A stretch of 63,316 nt of DNA, the filler included, from Squatina squatina (lineage: Eukaryota), in NCBI GenBank assembly GCA_031763465.1. It is 4 parts of 4 records of this genome, joined end to end, with 100 filler letters (N's around TTAATTAATTAA, not from the genome) between each part and the next. Parts side by side here need not be neighbours in the genome. Positions count along the whole stretch, not along the records: positions 13,588 to 36,234 come from JARFOE010000080.1; positions 36,335 to 49,935 come from JARFOE010000057.1; 2 more parts are not named here. One strand, written 5' to 3'. This document shows, piece after piece, positions 25,021 through 38,957 of the stretch. Within the stretch, counting starts at the first letter, position 1, and each line of letters starts with the position of its first letter. The notes under the pieces were generated by a model, which saw only the letters and a program-made list of their open reading frames with translations, ran no database searches and was not told the origin of the DNA. The translations under genes were made by a program, and so were the position numbers.

Positions 25021-26879
25021 TAAAGTATTTCTTTATAAATCAAAATCAGTCAGAATCTCTGCACTGTGTGCAATCTGAATGGCCCCAATCATTTCTATTT
25101 TATCTCTCACAATCATGTTTTAAAAACTATTTTTATAGGATTCTAGTGTTCCTCCATTTAGCCCTTCCCAACCTCTGTCAGGTAGTCATGTTGGCATAAT
25201 GTGCTTTTCCATAAAGATCTATTTCTAACCAGAGATTGTTAACTCCCAGTTATTGAGCAGCTCCTTTTCCAAAGGTATGCTTTTCAACATATTTTTGGTT
25301 GCAAACAGCACCATCAGTTTAAAGTGGCTGTTGGTACAGTAGGTTCCATGAAAATCTTTCCCAATGGTTTAGCTGGAATAGCCTCGCTGCAATGATACCT
25401 CAAGGTGACATTGTCAACAGTACTGATACATGTATTATCTGAAACAATTAAAATTATATTGACATTGTTACCTATGCCACATTAATCCATGCTCTCTTAT
25501 AGCGCATTGTTAATAGGATGTAGATTAAAATATAGTGCAATTTTAGTGTTGTTTTAAATAGCATTAGCACCATGATCAAAGTACTGATTGTAATAAGCCT
25601 CTAGTATCTTAGCAACATAGACATTCAATGCACAAGTTCCACTTTGAAAAATTCCAGGGGAAAACTCGGCGCTATTGTCAATGATTTGATTGATTACACG
25701 TGTTCCAAATTTCCCAATGGCTTAGAGGACTCGGTCTCCTTGAAGCTTTAAAGCATAGATTCAAATAAATGATTTTTCTACTACAGCAATTTAGATATAA
25801 TCCATCTATATGTCACTGTNNNNNNNNNNNNNNNNNNNNNNNNNNNNNNNNNNNNNNNNNNNNNNNNNNNNNNNNNNNNNNNNNNNNNNNNNNNNNNNNN
25901 NNNAGTCCACAGATGGCTGCCTGAATGATTGCGCAGATGCAGTTGGTGGATTCTACACGCTAGTAGCAAAACCTTGCAAGCTGTTTTCAGATTCATTAAA
26001 GTATAAAATGTAATATATTTCCTGTAAACTATGATTCCTATTTTGCAATAAGTGATCTCAAGCTGATTAGTGACAATGCTAAGAGTAAGGTAGAAAGGGA
26101 CATAGTAACAAACACAAATTATGATGCCAAAATATTCTTTCAATATTATAACAGCAACAGCAAGAATGAAGTTAAGACCCCAAGAGAGTTGAAAATTACG
26201 ATCAACAGGAGATAATAGACATGCTAAATGATTGCTTCTTTGAGGTTTTTAACCTGGGAGGACACACACTATATACCATCCAACATCAAACACATTGTGA
26301 GAGCTCTGGGACTTTCACATTTGTAAAGCAGAAGTTCTGGATAGGCTCAAGGAGCTGAAAACCAATAAATCCCCTCAGACAGGTGACCTATGTCCTAAGG
26401 CACTTAGACAAGGGTGGAAATTTGTGAAGCACTGAAGGTCAGTCAGCACTGGGAAAGTTCCAACAGACTGGAAACAGGTAAATGTAGCTGTTATATTTAT
26501 AAAGGAACACATACCCAGACCTGACAAATACAACCCTGTTAGCCTGATTTCAACAATTGAAAACTTAATAGAATCAATATACAGAAGCAAAATTGAAGAG
26601 TGCCTGTGTGAAATAAACTACTATATAAAATCTCACTACCACCTTCTTGAGCAGAGCCTGCATCCTCAGCCCTTTCTCTGGCCATACATTCAGTGCTGGA
26701 CCTCCTAGCAGGATTTCCCAAGACCTGCAAGAAAGCCTACTGTAGAGAATCNNNNNNNNNNNNNNNNNNNNNNNNNNNNNNNNNNNNNNNNNNNNNNNNN
26801 NNNNNNNNNNNNNNNNNNNNNNNNNNNNNNNNNNNNNNNNNNNNNNNNNNNGCCCACGATGTTGTGCCGAACCTTTGTC

Positions 26880-27105
26880 CCAGATCTTGTAGGGCTGAAG
26901 GAGATTACAGAGATAGGGAGGGGCAAGGCCATGAAGTGATTTGAAAACAATGAGAATTGTAAAATCGAGGTGACGCTGGACCAGGAGCCAATGTAGGTCA
27001 GCGAGCATAAGGGTGATAGGTGAACGGGACTTGGTGCGAGTTAGGACACAGGCAGCAGAGTTTTGGATGAGCTCAAGTTTACAGAGGGTGCAAGGCGGGA
27101 GGAAA
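26880..27105 (-). mobile_element. LINE2-like ORF2 C-terminal fragment
   Basis: LCKLELIQNSAACVLTRTKSRSPITLMLADLHWLLVQRHLDFTILIVFKSLHGLAPPYLCNLLQPY is a typical L2 ORF2 C-terminus. Confidence 0.85.
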
Positions 27106-28029
27106 AGCATTGCTCAAAGAGCCCTTAATGCCTGAAGTGCAAATTTGCACCTGGCAGTAATTGGGCGATAAAATTACCGGTATTCCCATATCTCCCCAGG
27201 TCTCGTAACATTTATAACCTCTTCCTGTTTTCTGATCTGCAAACTTCAAAAGGAAGTTTCAAGTCTTTTAATTTTTATTGATATAAATTTCCTCTTGACC
27301 TTTCAAAATATAGAGAAAACATTGAACAATTATATGAAGTATTGAATATCATTATAATCTTGAAAAGGAACCGATTAGTAATCTGTGAACAGACTTTAAT
27401 TGCGCCGCTTCGATTAGGACTGTGCAATATGAGTCTGAAGCTCTTTTGAAGTTCACATCACCATAAAGACAACAGAGGCCTGGGAGCAGGATGTCTGCCA
27501 ATCCTCACAGTTTTTAACTTTTAATTTACATGCTTACTTAATTTCTTCAGCTTTTTAAGCATCTGCGTACCATGCACAACCATTCCCGCATTAAGAGAGC
27601 CTGCAGGCACCCTGCTCCCAGGCCTAAGCTGTTGCCACTTAGTAACTGCCCACTAGAAGGTGCATAAAAACACAAAGAGGTTTTGCTCTTCCCTCAGACG
27701 GGACTTCCATTTGTCTCTTTTACCTTGTTCATCTTCATTGACCTTCCCTTTTATTCTTTCCTCCTTCTCCTCCCCCCTTTCCCTGCCCCTGCACTTNNNN
27801 NNNNNNNNNNNNNNNNNNNNNNNNNNNNNNNNNNNNNNNNNNNNNNNNNNNNNNNNNNNNNNNNNNNNNNNNNNNNNNNNNNNNNNNNNNNNNNNNTCCT
27901 TGGTTAGCCATGGTTGGTTCATCCCTCCCTTAGAATCTTTCCTTCTCACTGGGATATATTTTTGCTGAGAGTCTCACTGTCTGCTTTTCCCTCCATCACT
28001 AGCCCACCTGATTTCCTATGGGATAGTGG

Positions 28030-28727
28030 AGGGAAATCGAGCCCAGTGTGTCTGAGTAGAATTAATAAATAGTAAGGGATCTGTAATCGCACTGGGAGTA
28101 CCTTATAAAACATCAGACAGTGAGAAAGAAATTGAGGATGGGATTGATCGACAATTTAGAGAGATTTGCAATGGTAACAGAGTTTTAATTATGGGGGAGT
28201 GTAATTATCCTTATCCTAATGTGGATAGGATAAGACAAGTGTTCATGGTCAAACTGTGAAAGAGTTCTTAGAATGCATCTAGGACTAGTTCCTAAATAAA
28301 AATGTTGCCTGTCCAACAATGAAGGATATAGTGCTACATCCAGTTCTGCTTAATGAAGCAGGGCAAGTATGTGACCTGATGATAGGAGAACTCTTGGGAA
28401 ACAGCCTAATTAGGTTCACATTGAAAATAGAAAAAGAGGAGAGCAAGATAAAGGTGTTGGAATGGAAATTAACTAATTTCAGTAACATGAAAGGGGAGCC
28501 ATCCCAAATTAATTGGTTTGAAAAAATTGGCATATCAAACATCCGACCACCAGTGTGAGATATTAAATATGAAATGGATGAAGTACAAGTTAGGATTAAA
28601 GGGAGTGCATCAAAGATAGGGGCTGTATGGATAAATAGATAGGTTAGAGCAAAATTAGATGTTTTTAACAATAGGCATATGATAAATACAGGGGCACTAA
28701 TACAGATGAAAACTAAAAATTGTGAGA
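28030..28727 (+). mobile_element. Decayed CR1-like LINE ORF2 (end of endonuclease domain and linker)
   Basis: Residual translation EICNGNRVLIMGECNYP (cf. IMGDFNYP), purine-rich strand bias, many stops. Confidence 0.6.
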
Positions 28728-28827
28728 NNNNNNNNNNNNNNNNNNNNNNNNNNNNNNNNNNNNNNNNNNNNNNNNNNNNNNNNNNNNNNNNNNNNNNNNN
28801 NNNNNNNNNNNNNNNNNNNNNNNNNNN

Positions 28828-29520
28828 CCACCCCCCCCCCCCCCCCACACACACACACACACACACTCAAGCAAGTATTAATAATATCACGGGAGGGGTT
28901 GCGGAGATTTTATTTGTTTGGAGTTTCACTCCCCGCTCGGTGTGAAAGGAGAAGTGAGGAGCAGGGGGTGGTGGGGGTGAGGAAATAATAATTAAAAATA
29001 AAATGGACGTTTGCTGAGTTTTTATTTTGCTGGCGCAGGAAGCATTCCCCCCTCCCCCTCCTTGATCACTGACTCTCATTCCCAGAGATGATGAAGGGTT
29101 TTCTCTCTCTCTCACCTCAGGAATGCAGCGAGGCGCGGAAATAGCCGCAAAGCTGTGGCAAAAAAAAGGATAAAAAAGATTTTTTTTTCCCTTCCCTACT
29201 TTTAAAAAAAATTTAACTNNNNNNNNNNAACTCATTATTTTTCCAAACCTTAACTTTTTTTTGCCACAAGAATTGAACTTTTTATTTATTTTCCTTTTCC
29301 TGCAGTAATCGCTTTTTGTTTGCACCCCCCTCATCTCCTCCTCCTCCTCCTCCTTTCTCTCACTCACCAATCTTGTGGGAAGTCCAGCGATCAGGGATAG
29401 TCTACATTTTTTTTTGTGTGTTGTGTTTTTTTTAAAATGGACGGTTGTTGGGGCTGTGGAGCTGACTTAAAGGGCGCACGGTTGCATCTAAAGCACGATT
29501 AACATAAAACCCATTCGCCG
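28828..29520. promoter_or_regulatory. CpG/low-complexity-rich region resembling a gene 5' end; includes poly-C, (CA)n at about 28845-28865 and (CCT)n at about 29336-29353
   Basis: Local CpG enrichment and homopolymer tracts; gene not identified. Confidence 0.35.
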
Positions 29521-32500
29521 TCCCAGTGTCGATGAAAGCCAGCTTTTGATGGCATTGACTCGATTTGTGGGCAGTGTTTTCTTTGTGATGGCGACAATAT
29601 TTTCTTTTCAGTGAGCGAATAGCCCCTCACAAAAAAAACTACAAATGTAAAAATGGTCGGTATCGTTCTGCTGAGACCGAGCTGCAGATGCATAACCAGT
29701 TTTTTTTTCTAAAACAACAAAATATACAGTGCGATTTGAAATTTTTTTTATAAATGTTATGAATTTTGAAGCTGTGCCAACACTTTTTAATTCCTTGTTT
29801 CTGCTGTTTAGGAGCATGATACGAATGCTCAAAATGGACGGGTTATGGCTGCTGCTTTTTAAGAATTGAAAGGCATTAAAATCTAATAGTTTTATTTGTG
29901 AACGCTGTCAATTGCATTTTTATGCGTCTGCCATTTGGTGCATTTAATAGTTTCCCGCGAATTTGTCCCTTTTTGAACATTGGAGAAAGCTTTCATAAAC
30001 TCAAGGGACGGTTTGCATTGCTCTTTCGACTGTCCCTTGTGAGTCTAAAAATTCCTTCAGTTTTTTTTCCCCTTTCATTATCTGATGCAACTGCGCTAAC
30101 TCGGACACGTCAATCCGTTGTGTGTAGATATACATACATAAAAATAACAGAAGTTTATCCCTAGTTTTGTGTAAATACTAAGTCGCTTCAACAGGAATAA
30201 AATTGGCTCGAAAACGTTTTTGAATCGGAAGAGGTTACCAGAAGGGTTCGTTCTTTTCCTCGGGCATGGGTGNNNNNNNNNNNNNNNNNNNNNNNNNNNN
30301 NNNNNNNNNNNNNNNNNNNNNNNNNNNNNNNNNNNNNNNNNNNNNNNNNNNNNNNNNNNNNNNNNNNNNNNNCTGATCTGATTCTGGCCTCAACTCTACT
30401 TTCCTACCTGTCCCCCTCCTCTTCTCTGTCCCCATTGTTTTTTCTCTTCTGGCTTCCCTCCTTGCCCCATCTCACCTAACCTGTGCTGGTTCCCCTTTCC
30501 TATGAGCCCAATTATCTCACTGCTTTCTAACCTGAATAAGGATTTGTAGGGTGATTAACTACGATCTTGAAAAACAACCAAGACAGAACATGCTTTCACA
30601 AATGTAATTTCCAAGTGTGCACCAACAAAGGGAATGTTATCTCTAAGCAGCCTGGTTCAAAGCTGTGACATCCCTATTATAGCAGCACCACTGCTGTAGC
30701 TGGAACAATTCTGCATGTCAGTGCATCCTAATTTTACTGGAATGTCACCACAGGGTTTTACTGGCATGTCACCACCTCCTAATACCTGCTAGACAGTTCT
30801 AGTTTAATGCAGTTATGAATTATTGTTTTATTTCTCTCATTAAGCTTGAATGAATCATCTGAAGTGCTTTTATTTGCTGATAATTTGAGGTGGTTTGCCA
30901 ACCATTCAGTCTCATCAAATCTGGCAGTAGTGTGGCAGATTTGATGATAAAACATGTTACTGGAGATCATTTCTGTGGCTGTGCATTCAGATAATAAATG
31001 TCCTGCTGCAGTGAGGAGAACGATGGCCTTATCTTTGCAACCTTAATTTGAAAGGAATATTTGCTGCAGAATTGTCTAACTTCGAGTTTCATCTTCTGTC
31101 CTACCTACTGCATAGAGATCAACTGCATGATTGTCGTTGTGCTCTCTACAGTGTGCTTGACCTCTGCTGCTTTGACATAGCTGACCATGCCATCCTCCTC
31201 TACCCCCTCTCTTCTATTTCACTGCATATTCATGTTTCCACCCCTACAGCAAGTACATCTCCTTCAGTGGTGTCTTCATCCTTGGCTCTTCCTATTGCTC
31301 ATCCATATNNNNNNNNNNNNNNNNNNNNNNNNNNNNNNNNNNNNNNNNNNNNNNNNNNNNNNNNNNNNNNNNNNNNNNNNNNNNNNNNNNNNNNNNNNNN
31401 NNNNNNNNTTGCAAATCTTGCATGGAGAGACTAAACAGTCTGCTGGATCTCAAGATCTTGTGCAACTTTTACAGCATTTCCATTTATGGGATTCATTCCA
31501 TCATAGGATTGCTGCTGGGGACTGCAAGAACACAAGCTAAGTATTGCTTCAGTTTGTTATGTACTCCCTAATTCACAAGTTAATTAGCAAGGATATTTTT
31601 TTTTAATTATCTACGCATGAAAATGTAAGTATTTGTCTTAACATCATCCATAGCCTTCCCATCAGAGCAGAACATCCTCGCTTGTGGTTTATCTCGTTTC
31701 TTTGGTGAGAACTTGTCTATTGTTGCAGTTTAACTCATGATAACTGTCGCCTTAGAGGGCAAGCTGTACCATAACAAACTGGTGTTCCCAGCCAATCGTA
31801 ATGTGAATATTGGCTTGTTACACACTGGAATCTAATTTGCAAGATATCACAGTGGCAGCTGGGGCAGGTCATATTTTTAGGGTGAAACAAAGATTTTTTT
31901 TAAAATTCTGATTGGTTCCCTTGCACAAAAGGGAGAAGAATGCTCTGAATATAGAACCTTCAGTTTAAGATAATTTTCTAAGCTGATGAATTTAATTTAT
32001 CTGATGGCATTTAGCTGTGGGCATTTGGAATGTGTGGCTGAAGCAGATCTGTTTCCAGTATCTCCAAAGCTATTTGTAGCTTAGTGTTAATGTGCTGAGA
32101 ATGTAAAAACAGTTTATAAAAAAAAAAGGATTTATGTGGATCTAATTTACTTGTTCCTAGAGACAGAGTAATTAGCATTCCAGTGGAGAAGTGGTTACTA
32201 TGGCAGTAGATATTGGTGAAATATGGTTGATGCAAGTGGGTTGCCTGGGTCAGTGGAATATGTTTTGAACCAGTCTTGGTTGCATTGAATTGTGATCATC
32301 CCCACCCTAAGCATGAATAGTGTGATGGTTTTAATTTTGCATTTGAGCAATGTGTGCATTACGCACAAGATAAATTTAAGAAAGAAAGATCCACTTTACA
32401 TTGAATTCATGTCTTAATAAAATAGCATTGAGAGGAGAATGCAGATTTTTGAATGTTAATCCAGACTTGGATAGCCAGAAACATTCTTCTATACAACACT

Positions 32501-33601
32501 AATGAACTTCACGTATCCAAAACGGGCTGAGAAATTACAATACAGTACCAGCAACCATCAAACCTAGCAATCCATAGTCTCTGAATATGAGGTCCAGCAT
32601 AGTAACAGATACTGTAAAATGTAGCTGCCAACCATTTTGAAAGTTGCTAGCATAACTGTATGCTTATTGAATTCAGTATGAAAGTCAGGCTTCTACAGAA
32701 TCTTTCAAGNNNNNNNNNNNNNNNNNNNNNNNNNNNNNNNNNNNNNNNNNNNNNNNNNNNNNNNNNNNNNNNNNNNNNNNNNNNNNNNNNNNNNNNNNNN
32801 NNNNNNNNNGAGCACAACAGTGAAATTAGAACACTGAGTAGAGAAGCTGCAAAATTGTTCAAGGGTTTAAAAAGGAATCGCTTATCTCCTGTGGTTGTGC
32901 ACAAGGGCAGTGAGGACTACATGTAGTTTTCCAATGATGCAGGGTTGGAGGATAAACCCTACTTTAAACTTCTACGTTCTGTCCTTTTGTTTTGCCATTG
33001 TAACTTCTTGCATCCCCAGTTATAATGGGGACTAGGTATGTCGGCGCTACATGCTGCAGTTTTCCATCACTGCTGATGTTTCAGCGCCCCTACTAATGGG
33101 AGGGTGTATTTACAATGTAACAGGTTTACGTGGGAAGTTTCCATGATAAATGTAGACAAAAATGTATAATGGAACAGTTGACAGGAAATGCACAAATGCA
33201 CACAGATGTTAAGATTTTTAATACCTTAATAGAAGAATTGCTGGATGCCTTTTCTTTCATAAAACAATCTGCTTTTCTTTTTGATGCTAGTAGCAATCTG
33301 AAAGTCACCTGAAGAAAGGTTTTTCATACTTCGGTGAAATGATTTGTGCAATGTCTCAAAAAAAAATACATGACAAGTTTGAATGTTGGAATCTTAGCTT
33401 TGTGATCAAAAATCAGCTGATTCCTGTAAATGCTGGACACGAAGACCAATATGCCATCTGGTCATGAATCATTGCATTGTTAAAAATGTTGAGACCAATT
33501 TTATGTTGTAACACCCTTTTCTGTCTTTGCAAGCTTTATTCATGATGAGGCAGAGCTGGCCACAGACATCAACTTCTGGTGCCTCTGAGGGAACTTATGA
33601 C

Positions 33602-34074
33602 CTCCCAGTCGATGCTGGCACTCTTTGCCCAATCCCAGTCAAAGCTGATACCTTTTGCTCACTCCCAGGCAATGCTGAAACTCTTTGCCCATTCCAGTCA
33701 ATGTGCACACAATTTCCTCACTCCCAGTCAATGCTGACACTCTTTGTTCACTCCTCCTCAATGCTGACACTCTTCACTCACTCCCAGTCAAGGCTGACAT
33801 GCTTTGCTCGCTCCCAATCAATGCTGACACTCTTTGTTCACTCCTCCTCAATGCTGACATTCCTCACGCACTCCCAGTCAATGCTGACACGGTTTGCTCA
33901 CTCCCAGTCAATGCTGACAATATTTGCTCACTCCCCCTCAATGCTGACACTCTTTGCTCACTCCCAGTCAATGCTGACACGCATTGCTCACTCCCAGTCA
34001 ATGCTGACACTCTTCACTCACTCCCAGTCAAGGCTGACATGCTTTGCTCGCTCCCAATCAATGCTGACACTCTT
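33602..34074 (+). repeat. 30-bp minisatellite, about 16 units, consensus CTCCCAGTCAATGCTGACACTCTTTGCTCA; truncated by gap
   Basis: Directly visible 30-nt periodicity with more degenerate units at the 5' end. Confidence 0.95.
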
Positions 34075-36234
34075 NNNNNNNNNNNNNNNNNNNNNNNNNN
34101 NNNNNNNNNNNNNNNNNNNNNNNNNNNNNNNNNNNNNNNNNNNNNNNNNNNNNNNNNNNNNNNNNNNNNNNNNNAAGTCTTGTATAAATTTGGGTTAGGA
34201 AAAGCAAATTGTGGATGGAAACCTATTTGGAGATGGAAAGCAATTTACTATTTTGAAATTATAAGTGCGTACCAATTATAGGTAATTGTCAAATTCATAG
34301 TGACTACCTATTTTTCTATATTTCCGAATAAATTAAACTTGACTTGATCATTAGAAAATGGACAGAGGCCAGAGCAAATTCCATTTTATATTCACAAGCT
34401 TAATAAAATGCTTAAGTTTAGTGTGCAATACTTGAGGCAAGAGAGAAACCAACTTAAAAGGTATTAAAAACCATGGAGGATAAATAATTCTGGTTCCCTA
34501 TAAGCTGTCTAAAATTAAGGTGGAAATCTTGCCCAGCTTTAGTTAGGCCAAGTCTCTTCTGCACATCTGTAGAGATGGTAATTTATCTCGTAGAGAAATT
34601 TGTTTTTAAATACTATCTCGAGGACGTAAATAACTAAAAATCTCAAACTACTTTCTGTGCTGTTACGTGCTGAACTGCAAATACAATCCTTGCTTTCTGA
34701 AGTATACTTGGGGTAGAATAAACTCAAAATCCATTGCATAAGTTATACTTTGCTAAACTCAGATTTTTTGTATTGTGCATTAAATTTGTACATTCAGTAT
34801 ACTGAAGAGGCTATCTATTATATTAGTGTTAATTGTAGAGAAGTCTTATTTGCATTGGGATATGAAATGAGATGAATCCAGAAAACCACTGCAACTCTGG
34901 CAGAATATATAGCATCAGAGTGCACAATTGTTTTTTTTTTAAATCTTGTACTGTTCCATAGATTTGTAGATCCTTAACCTGATTTAATGACGAGCACAGT
35001 TTACTGTGATTTACTCTATTCCCTTTCATAATCATAACTCCCAGTGTAAACAGACCAAAAAAGGCACCATGTTCTATTTAAACTGGTACAGTATTTATTT
35101 ACTGTTGTATTCCAATATACTAGTGAAGTGTGTAGCCAAATTCACCTATAGAGCCTAATTTTCTATTTGCCCACAATCACAGGCTACCTTGTTTTGACTA
35201 AATATATGAGAGAGAAGCAAGAAGAGAGAACTGTTGTGCAGTGCTAACGCAGTTGTGAATTTAAAAGAACGTTACAAATCAGTTCACTCCTGGAGTCCTT
35301 GATGAGGCTGTCTAGTGCAATATTTGTAATTTCTAATGCAATTTTCACTAAACTGTGATTAAAATTTGTAAAAAAAAAAAAATTATTCAGCCCCAATGTA
35401 ATAACTAAAGTGCAAGAAATTACACCTGATTTCATACTTTAGCAACATTAGTGACTGGAAATGGGACTGCGTATCTTCCAAAGTGAGAATTGTGGTAATA
35501 TTTACAATATAATGTCCTCCCCTTACCTAGGTATTAAAAACCTCTTGCCTGGTAGGAAATATTTGTATTTTTAATCTTCTTGCCTGTATTTCTCCTTTTC
35601 CCTTTCCGTTTCCCCATTTCTTCCCCACCCTACCTCAAATAGACTCCTCCTATTTCACGTTGAAACAGTGTACTGCTCCACTGAACATAGTTGGTGGACC
35701 GTCCACAGGAACTCCTCAATGTTGGGCATCTGAGCTGCCATTGGAGGAGCGCTCTCCCTATTATTTGTGGAGGAAAAACATTGCAAATATTCATATCTTC
35801 CAGATTGAAGGTTTTTTTTCTAATTTCTTTCAGAATACCTAGCAGGAACAAGCAAATTATATTGTGTCTGACCTAAATTCCATTTTCCCTAATATAATGA
35901 AAATTGGGCAGGGCCAAATATTTTAAAATGATTGTAGATTATATTTGTGGACAGGTTGTACTGTACGCATGACTTTTTCCAAAAGGCTGGCCACGTCCAA
36001 TTTCTCTACATGAAGCAGGTAAGTCCTTTTTAAGAGGCAAGGTGATTTGCATTACCTAGTTAGTTGGGGTGTGAATGTGTGTGTGCATGTGAGAGATTGG
36101 ATATTTTAAGTGTAAATTAGCAGATAGACTAGATACTGAATTGTATTTGGCCAGGGGAGTATAATGACATTGAGCCCAGAGTATAAATTATGTACTGGGT
36201 GCAATTCTCTTAAACTTCACCCCAAGAAAGAAAG

Positions 36235-36334
36235 NNNNNNNNNNNNNNNNNNNNNNNNNNNNNNNNNNNNNNNNNNNNTTAATTAATTAANNNNNNNNNN
36301 NNNNNNNNNNNNNNNNNNNNNNNNNNNNNNNNNN
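36235..36334. other. Artificial linker N44-TTAATTAATTAA-N44
   Basis: Same linker; 12-mer at 36279-36290. Confidence 0.97.
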
Positions 36335-37911
36335 CTGTGTCGACTCCATTATTCCAAGAATAACCCAACCAACCCATGAACATAAAAACTCACTTAGCAT
36401 ATCAACCTCCAGAGTAACGCCATGTCCCAATTGAGCCAGGTTAGTGGGCACTCCCACTGTAGGGAGTCCCAGCCCCTGACAGCATTTGCCTTGAAAGGAA
36501 CAGGTGGAGGTTCTAGCCTTTACAAAGCATATTGGGAATTCCCAGGAATGGCAGAGACCCCCAGAGCAACTGGGTCTCTGTTGTTTTCCAAGGGTTTCCC
36601 ACCAGAACCTTGTGGTTTATTAGGCCCATTTTGCTTTTCTGTACCACGCTCTGGAAGATTTTCCAGTTCCCTACCTGTACAGTGATGCATCTTGTACTGG
36701 TGGAATTGAGAAACAATGAATGTATATCTGTCAACTGAGGACTGGTTAAACAAGAAAACACTTCCCTTACAGGCTTCAGTACTAGAGGGAAGAAGCCACA
36801 ATTTCCTTCAATCTCTAGCTGTTTTCCAGTGCAGCATGTGCCAATCAGTCACCATTCATTTTTTTCTAGTGCTCATGCTGTTTGGCTTTCAGTATTAAAG
36901 TCCTAAAGTATTTGAAATCTGCCTCAACCCAATTATTATACAATGAGAATTATTATAGATCCCCACTGGTGCTGAAAGCTGCTTGCTTTCAACTGATGAT
37001 GCCCCAAGATTTCTATTATTCTGTCCAAGATAAATTCTAACTGCATCACCACAGTCTTTACACTGGAAGTATCTCATTTTCTCGTCAATTGTCAAATGTC
37101 AATACCAGAGATATTAGTCTCATATTTACAAAGACTTGCAATTAACATAAATTAATATATGGCAAAATCTAATTGATGACTTAATCGCAAATATCTCTCC
37201 GATTAATGGTCTGATTTTTTTTTTTNNNNNNNNNNNNNNNNNNNNNNNNNNNNNNNNNNNNNNNNNNNNNNNNNNNNNNNNNNNNNNNNNNNNNNNNNNN
37301 NNNNNNNNNNNNNNNNNNNNNNNNNATGGGGACTACATGGCCTCTTTCTGTGTTGCAATCCTCTGGTTCTAAATTGCTTGCTGGAGAACGCATATGATGA
37401 TCTCTACTTCTCCGTTCAGAAGGTGGGAAATTTCCATGCCACAGACCTCTGTGTTCAAATGTATTCACCAATTTAAAAACAATAACAGAAACTAAAGAGA
37501 ATACAGATTTTAAAAAAAACTAAACAGCAGTGTACTTTTAAAAACTATTAACTATTCACAAAGGTTATAATCACTCTCTTCAGGGTAACACACTTCCGTT
37601 TCTTTGGTTGAATTAATTTAAACAGTATGCAGTCTTAATCTTTTGGGCACAGATGTTACACGTGGAATATTATTACCCAGGAAGTTTAATGCATTTATAT
37701 CAGAATTAAACATTAGCTACATGACTTGCAACATTTATCCTGCTGACCCCTTGTGACAAAGCTATTTCATTGAGCATGCACGTCTTTGCACCATGAAAAC
37801 AATAATTTAATGAAAGAACGACCTTGCATTCACATGTACCTATCATGACTCGGGATGTTCCAAAGTGCATCATAACCAGTGAAGTACTTGAAGTGTAGAC
37901 ACTGTTCTAAT

Positions 37912-38330
37912 TCATGAAAAACAACTTTTTTTTTTTATATGGCGCCTTTTAACGTAGTAAAACATCCCAAGGTACTTAACAGGAGCAGTTAAAATTTGAC
38001 ACCAAGTCACATACGGAGATATTAGGACAGGCTTGGTCAAAGAGCTAGGTTTTAAGGAGCGTCTTAAAAGGAGAGAGAGGTAGAGAGGCTTAGTGAGAGA
38101 ATTCCAGAGCCTAGGGACCAGGCAGCAGAAGGCACGACTGCCAAATGGGAAGCGATTAAAATCTGGGTTGTGCAAGAGGTCAGAATTGGAGGAGGGATCT
38201 CGGAGAGTTGTAGGGCTGGGGGAAGTTACAGAGATAGGCGAGGCCATGGAGGGATTTGAGTACAAGTGTGAGAATTTTTTTTAATCGAGGCAGTGGTAGA
38301 CTGGGAGCTAATGTAGGTCAGCAAGCACAG
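37912..38330 (-). mobile_element. LINE2-like 3' end fragment
   Basis: Residual GSRAFCCLVPRLWNSL motif plus 3' UTR; homologous to 41186-41430 and 56880-57410. Confidence 0.8.
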
Positions 38331-38777
38331 ATCCTGCTGTGGATGTGGCTGCACATGTGCAGTGGCATTCCAGTTTTGGGGAAAATCTGTGCATCTGGTA
38401 TGTGTGGTCGGGGTAATCTGGTATGCTGAACCTACTTACTGCTGTAATTCTATTAATTTCAGAACCAGATTTACACTGGTAGATAGATGTAGGGCAGGTT
38501 CAATGCATGTCATGATATATGCTGTCTCAGCTCAGGCTGGTAGGCTGGATTCGACAGCTGCACTATTCCATCAACGAGTTAACTGCTTGGGTGCCTCTTG
38601 GTGAAAGTTCTATCAGTGTTACAGAGAGATTTGTTTGATTCAAAATATGATTTTTCTGCCATTTGGCGCAATTCTGCATGGAAACCAGAGTATAATGAGG
38701 ATAGATGCTGTTGGCTCACCTGTGTCCCAAACACAGCAGCCTGGTGATACAATCATCGTGCATTGACATTAACATCT

Positions 38778-38957
38778 ACCTTATAGCCCCAATACATATC
38801 ATTCACTACAACCTGACGGTCTCTATGTATATAATTGACACCAACCTTACAGCTCTAATGTATATCATTGATTACTACCTTACAGTTCAACATATATCAT
38901 TGACCTTTCAGCCCCGACATATATCGTGGACCTGTCAGCCGAACTGTGTATCATGGA
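38778..38957 (+). repeat. Degenerate tandem repeat (about 26-33-nt units, core accttacag...tatatcattga)
   Basis: About six visibly related units. Confidence 0.55.

Noticed and set aside
33602-34074. 30-bp repeats as a CRISPR array or repeat protein gene
   Set aside because: Units are head-to-tail with no unique spacers, there are no cas genes, the context is eukaryotic and no splice signals support coding use.
36513-37471. Minus-strand ORFs (…PGNSQYAL*, …GLWHGNFPPSERRS…) as exons
   Set aside because: Several frames are equally open, splice sites are ambiguous and no protein family was recognised.
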